64,000 nt of DNA, taken from positions 12,247-76,246 of the IMG/VR virus record IMGVR_UViG_3300005582_000006. One strand, given 5' to 3'. The position numbers were made by a program, and so were the translations under genes. The stretch's first letter is position 1. Each line of letters opens with the position of its first letter. The notes beneath the pieces were generated by a model that was given only the letters and a program-made list of their open reading frames with translations, ran no database searches and had not been told where the DNA came from. This DNA is from a virus. Lineage: Duplodnaviria > Caudoviricetes. Positions 12,001 to 19,500 of this stretch are shown piece after piece.

Positions 12001-12873
12001 GGTGAGTTTGTAGTAAATAAACAAGCATCATCTAAAAATTATTCTTTATTACATGCAATCAATAGTGGCAAAGAAGTTGCTAGATTTAAAGATGGTGGTA
12101 GCGTTGGAAATATTCGTGGAAGAAAAGTAGACCCAATAGAATCTGGAATAAGTCTATTAGCTGGTAAGCTATCTGGAGTTGGAAATAAATTTATTGAGAG
12201 TGGAGATTCATTCAAGACTGGAGCAAATGCTAATAGGGAAGGATCACAAAACATATTGGCTTCTTCATCAAAGTTTAATTCTGGAGTTGGAAGTTTTGCT
12301 GATTCTGCTACTAAAATATCAAAAAGAAAGGGCTATAATTCTGGTGGTCTGGTAAACTATTTTGCAGATGGTGGATTCACACCAAGAGGCACAGACACTG
12401 TTCCCGCTATGCTGACACCAGGAGAGTTTGTGGTAAATAGACAATCAACATCTAAAAATTTAAATTTATTAAAAAATATAAATGGAAATGCTAGTTATAT
12501 GTCTAATGGTGGAGTTATGTATGCTAGAAGGGGTGCTTTTGTTGGAAATTCATCGCAAGACTCATCTCCAGCAATAGATATGACTTCAGTTACAGAATTA
12601 GCTAATGCAATAAGTACATTAGGAACTACATTTCTCAAACCTTTTGGTGAACAAGTAGATGCATTTAAAAATTATGCTGAAGCTTTACAAACACAAATCA
12701 ATAAAATACCAACAGTAGTAAGAATAGAAGTCATGGGTAGTTTAAATGCTGCTTTAAATATTGACTTTAATCCAGATGGCGTATATACAGCGGTAACACA
12801 AGCAACGCAAGAATTACAAGGGTTTATAATTGCAGAAATAAATAAACAACTTGGAAATGATATGAGAGCATAA
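1..12873 (+). CDS. Giant tape-measure-like protein (5' truncated by window edge; at least 4290 aa)
   Basis: Frame is open from base 1 (AFRVAAKINHPDKNP...) into the 4268-aa ORF. Ala/Lys/Glu-rich coiled coils, Gly-rich hydrophobic segments, six copies of the [FY]AxGG...DTVPAMLTPGEFV motif typical of tape measure C-terminal regions, followed by tail-type genes. Confidence 0.8.
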   Translation, partial: AFRVAAKINHPDKNPTAKPNGNMERVNAALRTLLDRNILIRARAEAGPKTTDNTRRNTSPPPPPKRNAQSEDQIFRAVFGDAPTKDEARSQWKGTNPETFTKPNRFDSFEAVRNASQFREKEEAAKTMNASSAYSDRLRKAKRGYANGGDVVRQKFASGKFVAKDTKGNIVRDSVDGADEVEMAAKIRQMGYFVISLELVAAKKASQQKLQERQDRRDQAKERAKELRRYWNMNETDTGDINTSRPPKRGNSLAIEESERREENAKGIVLSGPSGAIAGGITGAVSGALLGNIPGAFIGGTLGFGAGAVGGMMYDKSRKSEDEKNKGLARFSYQDEQGKKGIIPARDKEEAIRRLSFDRITPTNMRRVAPERSWGEYLEQKRNDIFGIKKASIEETNRESRSRERKFSKSIGKGDAPPIMVRKPSKKTKESKKYSEDIYKPLPALALDPTLGKSVAITKEMMEERKKARGFASGGLVPGTGNSDTVPMDLDEGSFVIKKSSVNSIGIDNLANAHKFASGGKVPALLTPGEYVYSPSEAKKIGANKLHQMNSFAKFKKGGEVGNSIVSDTFLNSPNNLKKILLTLVDQIMESDPEISKKDAKAEATRIVSEIKVQNQTSNQAIGNVARADQDISAEKSNIGVFNKELKGFGKTLSTLGKEATSLAEALQKNTDAADASYTAELELRAKGTAIVAARDAKVAAGQDLTKENTRVGSAQTKVNELKDKKKDMEEARQAKIDAADQRIAAAEQAKITKEAQPVDLTQENKRVVSAKQKVDDLKQKKKDMQEAKQAKIDAASQRLAEAEEAKRLKSQQPVNLKSETAKVGNITGRISVLEARKKSKLDAGESVRVVNAQIAEAKRQRDVLTKQMADKTAAGPNTKKEQEEIDKAKEELAKASKPLKTKNIDTKIMRAEDALTQATTARDNKVPNTKKEQEEIDKAKAEKLEAEKPLKSKAIDAKITKAESALTTATNARDTKARTAVDTSKEDAQILKLNQDYQKLLDDRNTNAQNRVAIENSITAVGTKQLNVQNEILKTEQNIKDAESNIQKAETAKAAAKASGEKATRSFQVNAKGEIVNEKGRPIGQTKPITTPDSIKQISKQREKEYAKQNDGKAPRKSEREDIRSGIVNEYRVATEKQLRAKAQKEGKPVSELQIQSMTDQYTKQFAQGKRGAVFNKQGEVTGDKSLGSKLIKGGDYKESGDLTFQGKVKDFGSRALFGSKRTDFEAGSEGERQFKQDRASGYANRITTAAVGGSLLASGMRAEAPEVSSLAKANEQGVVVEDKAQQEAYRSTLQFAGAIEKAGTYAATTATAFSALGPVGTLVGGALGAFVGLIKGYADGTKEAEAQIREVKLGAALTGLQGTFDKLNTGLRTFDDTIAESIAANQKIITEANAGKAFVEAGGEKSGFDRLISGITGGGFGGFDVKKFNELNSKSQKEAGAAQIVPLTNILNKQAEQLGSSAVRQAGGNAGTLDYKDFAASLDTKLTSGGGGFNNAQIQKIANARNVSFDDVKKEIVKVMKDSFKAAQLEKTQKEAVTVNQRSINSMALLSEAVVAAANSVESFSNRLSTNESFFSGGIGSTKVTGISNQFDQKSTPDFNSFNSAVSKLSDSLGTYGNEFKTQGNAINAASQALPSLLAGAIEDPVGGQDIAVQIAAGLREALSAQGISGAGADRVVSSVAGNVSGQEYTKLLAEAGGDVSKVAEKLLGNIKDPFLNAAKDISQRLENASNQYISGLENLAQRQKQIGESFKNLESAKLQRDKFTAETVATNAGLPSQAGNLISVDRQMQGFRTNQERLTGTKGAEAQDSRVIGDNLKRTQERIRELEPKVQNASGAEGGGAAFRGAASELVKLKSEASNLQESLKNLADQSNNLAILEGKLGQVRQERDNETQRGKEFLTADPKERQKILRDRVQGQGLLKQAQAQGGNVSNFSSGQNKALFAFLDSFGPVGKDIADNIVRNTTGLGKKKPEEDMLVGKLAKVYDEQVKANQELIGNQRSLQTDYFSQLTKQNTTFYSNLDKFIAGMEKSQVQDEKNREVAKSAKIKDVQEKSGFLREAGVTDENLKDVNANKGKISEVIKAREAAKEEEKRSVNINESMREGDFAQSLGRSFTKDAREADAAKEIGSKGETLNDILSKIGLTGKQSSLVREQATIAVTQNKDLNIEEAIKIAIRQVSGQTVNDAEKRVSTAEKGAGALGVNIANKAQEQGISAEKFESSLAAVTELNQGIGVKLTTAASTATANIDRLSASINSLGAQQQGIAPVNVNANPAQAIGFAVGGPAFSPRGTDTVPAMLTPGEFVVNRSATQRNLPLLQSINSGKTSYLADGGEVLGKRIKASEDVMKIWDTPGLKQEEKIASIRNIISNKYNSLKESSLTNVPNGIEGESRKSAASAILQEVISSLSIGQIPKNESAKRVIDSNGGIESLQDFGNIFGDFKRKGDTENSLGYRTKEINDNYEKIKKEMLDEKLLDPTESYENFKKDNKYNYELLYSKYDPANIRTALNSVMIEAGRDATVKEKVVAGLLGAGSAIIAAPIAIGGVALSGAGALGASISGASVTAAGATTYGLGKLIMSESAEEKKRMDLFKLDAAIADPINQDNTHGYSAAVSTGANIKKFADLETLNSKKEFAEGMKRIKEDFNHVYKYGVSGNVKTPGWWGKTNEEKMNTDLLKETWYYKGTNGGAIDVAKDGYTWPGIQNYSGEKVNTFIQPLIDKANAPDPSNAQKIKNYLKRKNISDKTYLIPDDLNDLNQFIVNPEYLKSLNAAGTKDIDANIDAKIPQYIATIANLKAQKKDIVSEKKQENIVANIANEEGTTPIDTQIRMAENEVLAARGNKELESKKKAELEILKLRRTSYNQTGLTSNEKLRNAYGQNRPEIDKSYVESKAYLTQIKEGTGEKFVATDMGKEDELFLKRQGDAGRLAQIGLRREVQASAILGKMVKLKGIFAKNQGEELNKKEFAEIGKDPNQLIPLGLKEYNNLYSGQKGSLAKEDFDNPKLILPFQKEIVGSFFKQQASTRSLAISGKGLLDFIDQYSNIKDTKGFVEAKVKQAGPDAIPLVVRAIEEGKINALSVLNAAAANVGGISRKSLEGAIGRNKDFNLLDKLSEKQEGKAQKIVKPFSGIDFIEGEDGAYATIKAVSGKGQVSMSANNTALRIAAPYLPKSIYKQDILAGEAYNNDGLKKLAGDRPTLGSPNSSFTFPADGPSLFTTEDFLNAVSNSQGYATISSKAVVVEEDVEGKKQRKIDYKRNLDVANIENSKTREAMKNRLKRINDIEGINKPNQPEENKNVVKGEPNEFQAAIIKEKNEQSALAARLPRATKEQQLFEGQYGELSVESRLNRGEITREEAAAQIERQRQARKMSSGGIVNYLSSGGVPSHSPNPDPSFFKPKGTDTVPAMLTPGEFVINASATAKHGDLLSAINSGKDVGYSATGGIIYLEDGGEARKKAFYEKMNKRKNDEEKLRYLVDDKDKDKNTYMQDRKDDLESTANRATQTFSRRQNQFIQDEDKSNNAGTEMVFNAMGMTGLAKAGISAISKFAMSPSLNAAGQGAKNIGKNYFKYEAQNQVQNTGIDIFKSNAEKLLRYASGGLVSYLYDGGYLKRRANLASYSGSENEYVTDQEEVGKQNTANITNRIAAKNQAENNAFQMFSNIRFNDGTGSLFDNTQSGFSTGSGGVSAQQALSFQDPTKPGGEGITSAAMGMIGDVQSRMKGNKNPYGNISVTGAELNELKSAKANEPEIQKRYDEYKKFIEEQKKQQEEESGSTYASLGGLIYAQGGLYLPRNNYRPYVSIPDSSYTGSGGYFGDNESINNGGGYFGESGDKIERQQKLYEIQKKKQKSPRYLQAEQYQQQQFQLRNQAYQSQQRKSQNPKRQQQPEQWQINWQQQQQASGYKNPYAALQSKPMFPEQRQQQSENFQNQRAYQAKQEMYGGPSAQPVFQASNYAGSFFNQVPQQQQVAQDPKRKQLSLFRMNLGSYSSGGNVDTIPAMLTPGEFVVNKQASSKNYSLLHAINSGKEVARFKDGGSVGNIRGRKVDPIESGISLLAGKLSGVGNKFIESGDSFKTGANANREGSQNILASSSKFNSGVGSFADSATKISKRKGYNSGGLVNYFADGGFTPRGTDTVPAMLTPGEFVVNRQSTSKNLNLLKNINGNASYMSNGGVMYARRGAFVGNSSQDSSPAIDMTSVTELANAISTLGTTFLKPFGEQVDAFKNYAEALQTQINKIPTVVRIEVMGSLNAALNIDFNPDGVYTAVTQATQELQGFIIAEINKQLGNDMRA
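2110..2418 (+). repeat. Tandem ~56-aa coiled-coil duplication in the giant protein
   Basis: DLTKENTRVGSAQTKVNELKDKKKDMEEARQAKIDAA vs DLTQENKRVVSAKQKVDDLKQKKKDMQEAKQAKIDAA. Confidence 0.85.
2629..2925 (+). repeat. Tandem ~51-aa coiled-coil duplication in the giant protein
   Basis: PNTKKEQEEIDKAKEELAKASKPLKTKNIDTKIMRAEDALTQATTARD vs PNTKKEQEEIDKAKAEKLEAEKPLKSKAIDAKITKAESALTTATNARD. Confidence 0.85.
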
Positions 12874-12885
12874 CAAGGTAAAATT

Positions 12886-13941
12886 ATGGCAAATTATATT
12901 GTATCTGGTGCTGGCAGTGGAGGGAACTTTAATGGCACATTTGTGTTTGCCAGCGGTTCTTTATATGAAAACAGCGTAGATTCAAATTATGTGCTGGTTT
13001 ATGACTCAGGATTATCTCAGTGGACTATTCGTCATTTTTCAAGCGTTTATTACTATAATACTGCAAGTGCAGGAAGTCCACCGCTAACAGGATGGCTAAC
13101 ATCATTAGGTTCAGCACCAGCACCAACAATAGCAATTGTTCCACCGCCAAAACTATTTGGCATAAGAAATTTATTTTTAAAATCTGCTTTTGAAAACACT
13201 GTTTCTTTATATATAAAGTCTTCTGTATTTGATGCCAATATATTGCCATTACATTTAAAGGTAAATACTCAAGAGCAAACAGACTTATATTTAAAAGCTT
13301 CTCCACAAAGTTCAATTAATTTATTCATAAAATATTGGTATGAACATCAAGACAACCAAGAACTTTACTTAAAAGCATTTTTAGAAGCATCAACTAATTT
13401 ATTTATAAAAAACATAAATTTATATACTGAATTAAATAATTCTATTGATTTGAATATTCGATCATCAACAATAGATCAAAAAGCAGACAGCGTAGAATTT
13501 TATATAAAAGCACTTTTTAAAAATAGCCTAGAATTATTTTTGATGGTAAATGATAGAGCATCAACAACAAACTTTATTCATGTATATATATCTGGACAAG
13601 TAATAAATTTAGCTTATTTTGAAAGTTTAAACCTTTATTTGAGCAATGACTACACATTTATTAATAACTCGTTAAATATTACTATAATTGGTCTTGGAAC
13701 TACATTTAATGGAATACCAAGCAATTCATCTATGAACATGTTTATACAAAGAGATGTTGAAGCAACTTGGAATTCTGTACCATTAATAGCTTATGGTGCT
13801 TCTCCTGCAATAACTAGCAGTATTGACTTTAATATATATCCAAGTGACATTTATTTTTATTCAGTTAGGTTAATAATTCCAAAAGTAAATCAACCATTCA
13901 ATGAAAATATGCAATTATACACTCATGGTTTTGAGGATTAA
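12886..13941 (+). CDS. Putative virion/tail protein with short LYLK-type beta repeats
   Basis: 351-aa ORF directly after the tape measure gene; recurring L[YF][IL]K[AS] motifs. Confidence 0.6.
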   Translation: MANYIVSGAGSGGNFNGTFVFASGSLYENSVDSNYVLVYDSGLSQWTIRHFSSVYYYNTASAGSPPLTGWLTSLGSAPAPTIAIVPPPKLFGIRNLFLKSAFENTVSLYIKSSVFDANILPLHLKVNTQEQTDLYLKASPQSSINLFIKYWYEHQDNQELYLKAFLEASTNLFIKNINLYTELNNSIDLNIRSSTIDQKADSVEFYIKALFKNSLELFLMVNDRASTTNFIHVYISGQVINLAYFESLNLYLSNDYTFINNSLNITIIGLGTTFNGIPSNSSMNMFIQRDVEATWNSVPLIAYGASPAITSSIDFNIYPSDIYFYSVRLIIPKVNQPFNENMQLYTHGFED

Positions 13942-13943
13942 AC

Positions 13944-15299
13944 ATGGCTGGAACATTATCAGATCCAATTCAAACATTTTCATTGCAAGAAAGTGTGCAG
14001 TTTTACGATAATGGAAAAGCAAAAACATATCTTTTCAATATATCTGTATCTGCAAAATTTGTTCCAAATCAATCTTTATCTATAAATGCAAAGCATTCTG
14101 CTATTATTGCAAGACAGGCAGCTATAATAACACAAATCAATGCATTTAAAGGTCAAACATATTTTGAAGTTCAATCAAGAGATGGTAATACTCCACCAAT
14201 CAAGTTTATACCTAGAATTAAAAGTCTAAATTTTAAAGAAGATTTGTGGGTTGATTTTTGTGATTATACAATTGAAATGGAAGCAGATTCTGTAACTATT
14301 GGATCGATAACAGTACCAGACAAAATTAATTCTTCAGAAATAGATGAGTCATGGTCAGTTGATTATAACGATGAGGATTTGAGATTTACAAAAGTAAATC
14401 ATAAAATTTCTTGTAAGTCTAAAGATGTTGATGGAAAAAATGGTTGGGAAACATCAAAAACAGAAGTTTTAAAAAAAATAAACGATCTTATTCCAACAGA
14501 CATAAAAGACGAAGCTGGAAATACTTATTTAAAAGCTTCACCTTCAAATAAATTAATTAATTATAGTGTAAATGTACTTGGCGGTGAATTTTCTGCCGAA
14601 ATAAATTTAACTTATCATAACAATCTATTAAAGAATTCAATTCTTCCTCAATTACCACAAGCACATCATGAACAAACAGTTACAGACAAACAATCCAATG
14701 AAACATTAAGAGATACGCTTTCTATAGAAGGAACTATAACTGGCCTATCTTCATCTTCTACATCAACTCCAAGCAATAGATATACAGAAGCATTGGCATT
14801 ATGGACAACGGTAAGGACTGCTTTAAACCTTAAATATCTTACATTAACAATAACTTCATTTTCAGAAACACATGATAAAGTAAAAGGAATAATTAATTAT
14901 AGTTATGAAATTGAAAATATAAAAAGACCAACAACAACTGGCATAAAAAACGAAACAATAACTGTAAGTTATTTTGGGCCTTTAGCTGATCCTCTTAATA
15001 CTTATGTTATACACAATACTATCTATGGAGATAAGGGGCCAGTTTTTCAAAACATTAACATGAATAAAGCAAAAACAATGTCTATTACAATAGAAAGAGT
15101 TGGAACAGAAACAAAACCAGATACATTGCAATATCAACCAACAGGAAGTATGATTGAATCTGATACTATTAATTTTACTGCACAAAATAAAAAAATATCA
15201 AGAACTACAGTATTTATATGGGCAGATGGATCAACGCCAGTTTTGCCAACCATTACTAATTTTGATTTGATAAACACAGAAATACCTAGACCATATTAG
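13944..15299 (+). CDS. Putative tail protein (paralog 1)
   Basis: 451 aa, Thr/Ser-rich and beta-strand-like; shares DE[ST]WS, [EQ]GTITG and GP[VI][FI]Q motifs with the next ORF; tail-module position. Confidence 0.6.
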   Translation: MAGTLSDPIQTFSLQESVQFYDNGKAKTYLFNISVSAKFVPNQSLSINAKHSAIIARQAAIITQINAFKGQTYFEVQSRDGNTPPIKFIPRIKSLNFKEDLWVDFCDYTIEMEADSVTIGSITVPDKINSSEIDESWSVDYNDEDLRFTKVNHKISCKSKDVDGKNGWETSKTEVLKKINDLIPTDIKDEAGNTYLKASPSNKLINYSVNVLGGEFSAEINLTYHNNLLKNSILPQLPQAHHEQTVTDKQSNETLRDTLSIEGTITGLSSSSTSTPSNRYTEALALWTTVRTALNLKYLTLTITSFSETHDKVKGIINYSYEIENIKRPTTTGIKNETITVSYFGPLADPLNTYVIHNTIYGDKGPVFQNINMNKAKTMSITIERVGTETKPDTLQYQPTGSMIESDTINFTAQNKKISRTTVFIWADGSTPVLPTITNFDLINTEIPRPY

Positions 15300-15308
15300 G
15301 AATAATTT

Positions 15309-16568
15309 ATGTCTATTACATTAAATGGAACTGCAATAAGACCAATACCATTGATAAGTATTAGTCAACAATCAGAATTTAGGGATAGCGGTAAATTAAA
15401 AACGACCACAATAACAGTAGATTTAAAAGGAAAAATTTTAGCTGTTGATCCAATAGCGGGTGAGTCAGAACCAACTGGAACTGCTGAACAAATAGATAAA
15501 GCTAAATTAGGTTTAATTATAAAGAAAATGGAAACCTTAGAAGGTTTAGTAATCCACAAGATAGATGATATTAATATAAGCACATCAATAGGTGGTCCAA
15601 ATTTATCTGGAAAATTTAAATTAAAATCTAAAAGCTTCCAGCTTGAACAATCAAGTTTAATATGTGATTACACAATATCTTTAGAACAAATAGTATTGGA
15701 CAATGAAGATCCAGATGAAACTTGGTCATTAGATCCAGCAGATGAATATGGGAGATTTGTAAAGATAAATAGGTCTAGAAGCATACAAGTAAAAAGCACT
15801 GAAATTCCAGCTAAAGATTATGAACTGGCAATGGAGAAAGTAGTTCTAACCACATCTATAGCTGATTCTGATGCTTCTACATACTTAACTTTGCCAACAG
15901 AAGATTCTTATAATAAAACAACTAGTTATTCAGTTAACACATATAAGAATACTGTTGATTGCAATGAGTCTTGGATATTATCAAAAGACCCATTTGTAAT
16001 CGAAGAAACATATACGGAAAAAGAAAGTTTTGATTCTGTATACAAATCCGCAAGCTTGCAAGGAACTATAACTGGATATGAAGGAAATGGGAAAACAAAG
16101 TATGATAATGCATCAGACAAATTAAAGGCAGTTAAAGAAGCAAGCCCTTGGGAAATAGGCAAATCATACACTATTGGAACAATAACTGGTAAAGTAAGAT
16201 CTGTTTCTGAAGGAACTAATAAAATATCTGGAACAATAAATTATTCTGTAGAAATTTCTGAGGGTATAGAAGAAACTACTGAAAGATTTAAGTCTGTAAG
16301 TTGGACAGATACGCCACCTACAGATGTAATTGTTGTAATACCAGCAGTTGGTAAAGAATCAGGTCCAATTATACAAAAACTTCCAGCCAAAAAAAATGGT
16401 GTTAAAACAGTCAATATTGAAGTATTATATAATGATGGATCTAAAGGTCCACCAGATGTTTCTTCTTATGCACCAACAGCCACTGAAATATTTGTAGAAA
16501 AAGACGATATGACATTTGATTATAGAACTAAAAAAGTTACAAGATCAGTAGTTTGGAATTATAATTAG
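15309..16568 (+). CDS. Putative tail protein (paralog 2)
   Basis: 419 aa, motif-for-motif similar to the upstream ORF. Confidence 0.6.
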   Translation: MSITLNGTAIRPIPLISISQQSEFRDSGKLKTTTITVDLKGKILAVDPIAGESEPTGTAEQIDKAKLGLIIKKMETLEGLVIHKIDDINISTSIGGPNLSGKFKLKSKSFQLEQSSLICDYTISLEQIVLDNEDPDETWSLDPADEYGRFVKINRSRSIQVKSTEIPAKDYELAMEKVVLTTSIADSDASTYLTLPTEDSYNKTTSYSVNTYKNTVDCNESWILSKDPFVIEETYTEKESFDSVYKSASLQGTITGYEGNGKTKYDNASDKLKAVKEASPWEIGKSYTIGTITGKVRSVSEGTNKISGTINYSVEISEGIEETTERFKSVSWTDTPPTDVIVVIPAVGKESGPIIQKLPAKKNGVKTVNIEVLYNDGSKGPPDVSSYAPTATEIFVEKDDMTFDYRTKKVTRSVVWNYN

Positions 16569-16576
16569 GTGAAAAA

Positions 16577-19500
16577 ATGAGCTTTGAAAGATTAAAATTT
16601 TTAGATTTAACAATAGTAGATTTTAATTCATCTATTGGATGGAATGACACAGAATCATCTGTAAACATAAAACTTGCTCCAGAAGATGGAGAAAGCATAG
16701 CACCGTATGAGTTAGGAAAAAATTATGAGTTTTCTTTAACTGAAGATTCTGTTTTTAAATTTAATGGTTTTCTAGATAGAGTTATTGAAAAACATGATAC
16801 TGGTGGAACTTTTTATGAAGTTAAATTAAATGATGGAAAAGAATTAATCAAAAATGTTGAAGTTATAACTAGTAGCTTGTATGGAACTAGCGATACAAAA
16901 GAAGACTCTCCAATAATAAATATGTTTAATGTTTTTAGGTGGTGGGAGAGTAAGGGATTTGGCAAAAGTCAAGCTAATGAAGGGGGGATGCCATACTCAA
17001 AACTTGAAGAAGGAATAAATGAACTTTCTAAAAAATATGGAATTATATCTGCTGGAGTACCATATTCAATAAAGTTAAATTTTGCAACCAGCGTACCAAA
17101 ATTTTATAGAATAGAAGGTCCGTATATAAACTTAATGGATTTAATATCTAAAATTTGTGATGATTTAGGTTTATTGTTTAAGATTACTCTAACAGGCACA
17201 GAATTTACAGTTCAAACAACAAGTTTAGGCGTAGATCCAGCCAATCAAAAAGTTCAAAATGTTATAAAAGATTTAGCAAAAGACAGGAATGTTATTTCTT
17301 GGGATGCTGGAATTGAATCTTCCAATAATATTGAATCAAATTTTATGCTTTGGGGTGGATTAAAAGAGCACAGCATAGTTTTTAACAACGATGTAGATTT
17401 AACTCAAATGAATGTTATTGTTGGAACACCAGTAAATTACCCCCAATATTTTTATAGTAATGCTGTTGGTCCAAATTCAAGAATAAAGCAATTTTGGGGA
17501 TATGATATTAATGGAACAGCATACTGGTCATCTGCTCAATACGATGTTGTAAAGTGTGCATGTCCATATTATAACTATAGATTTAATAGTTTAAGACCAT
17601 CCGTAGCGAGTCATTCTACTGTAAAGGCAAACGCTTGGGGCATACCTTTAGTTGGAATGGAATCAATATTTCCGGGTGCTACATATTATGAAATGACAAT
17701 GGATGAGTTGTTGTTGATAACTGGTGGAAATCAAGACAATTGGTCGTTGTATTTAGAAATATGGGATGATGCATTTAATAATGATAATATATATACGAGG
17801 GTTTTTCTTAGAGCACCGAGAAGAAATATCTCTATGGTTGCTAATTTTATGGCTGGTGGTGGATCTACAGAATTTACACTAAACAGAGAGTTTTCAGAAA
17901 AAGATAACGATATAGGAGTTATTCGTGGGGCACAACTTTTTACTTATTTAAAATCAGTAATAGATTCATATTACGGCAAACAATTTTTAGTAGAAGTTAA
18001 TTATAAGGGCGACCTTAATTATAATACTGTTGATGTTGGACAAAATAAACCAAAATCTAAAAGCGATGGTCTTGTAATAAAACAAGTATTGGAAAATTAT
18101 ACAAGTTCAGATAATTTAGATTTAAACATTACACAAAATCAACCTAAAAAAATATACAATATTTTACCAACTGATTCTGGATGGATAGATCCAGCAATTC
18201 TTGAAGCAAAGACAAATCCCTCTTTGCCTAGAGAAATGTTAAATGCTATGGCATTAAATCAAGATGGGAAAATGCAAAATTGGTTGGTTTTTAATTTGCC
18301 AAATTCATGGGCAACTCAATTTACATATGATAGTAGTTCTTCAGACACAATTTCTTATTCAGATAGTGGATCTCAATATTTATGGGTTAAAGCTTCAGTA
18401 AACGAACAATATATAACTATTCCAGTAGCAACAACTGGAATAATAAAAACAACAATACATTCTGAAGTAGTTGGTTTAGGAACTGTTGGAACATGGGTAA
18501 GCAATCAATATATTGGTGTAGACAAAAAAGACTCAGAACATGTATTAGTTTCAATAGGCCAATCTGTTGCTGCGTTTAATCAATTAATACACAATCAATT
18601 TGGTGTTGATGCACTCATAACATGTTACTTTGGATTGCAATATAGAAATCAAGTCCTTGGTCAATCTGAAAATTTTAAAACAGGACTTCCTGCACTATAC
18701 CCATTTCAAGCAATAATTAATTTTAAATCAACAAGAAATGATTTTTATGGTCCTTGGTATTTTGGAAATACTAATGGTGGAAAAACAAAAATAGAACAAA
18801 ACAATGATTTAGTTCCTTGGCAGTTTAACGCTTCTGGAACATTAGAGGAAGCTGCTAAAAATAGATTAAAAGATATAAATCCAGTTCCTTATTTTGAAAC
18901 TGGATCTTTAAATAAAATTGGTTTACCAGAACATAATCTTGGTGATGAAATAGTAAAAAATGGTCCAATAGTAACATCAATAAATGCATCATACGGACCA
19001 TCTGGTGTAACCACACAATATTCATTCAGAACATTTACTCCAAAATTTGGAATGGCATCAAGATATAACACAGAAAGACTTAAAAAATCTGCTATAAAAG
19101 CATATTCTGACAGAAAAAATATATTGTTTGTTTACATGGAATCAATTAAAAAATCTCAATCTTTACAGAGATCTTTTGCTGGAGCAAAAATACAAAACTT
19201 TATACTAAATTATCTTGGAAGAAGATACGATAGAAATACTCCACATCAAAATTTAATCATGGCACAAACAATTGATATTATGGCAGACAAGGGTGAAACA
19301 ATAAGAAGAAAAACTATTGGTGGATCTCATAGTAATATAGAAAGTGGCGGGGCTATTGCAATTCAGTCTGGATTATATAATAAAGGTGCTGTTTCTTATG
19401 ATGGTTTATTTTCACCCTTTAATAATTTTGGCAGTAGATCTCAGTTAAATACAAATACATCAATTCCATTCAGTGCTTTTATAAATGCTCCAGAAGGTCT

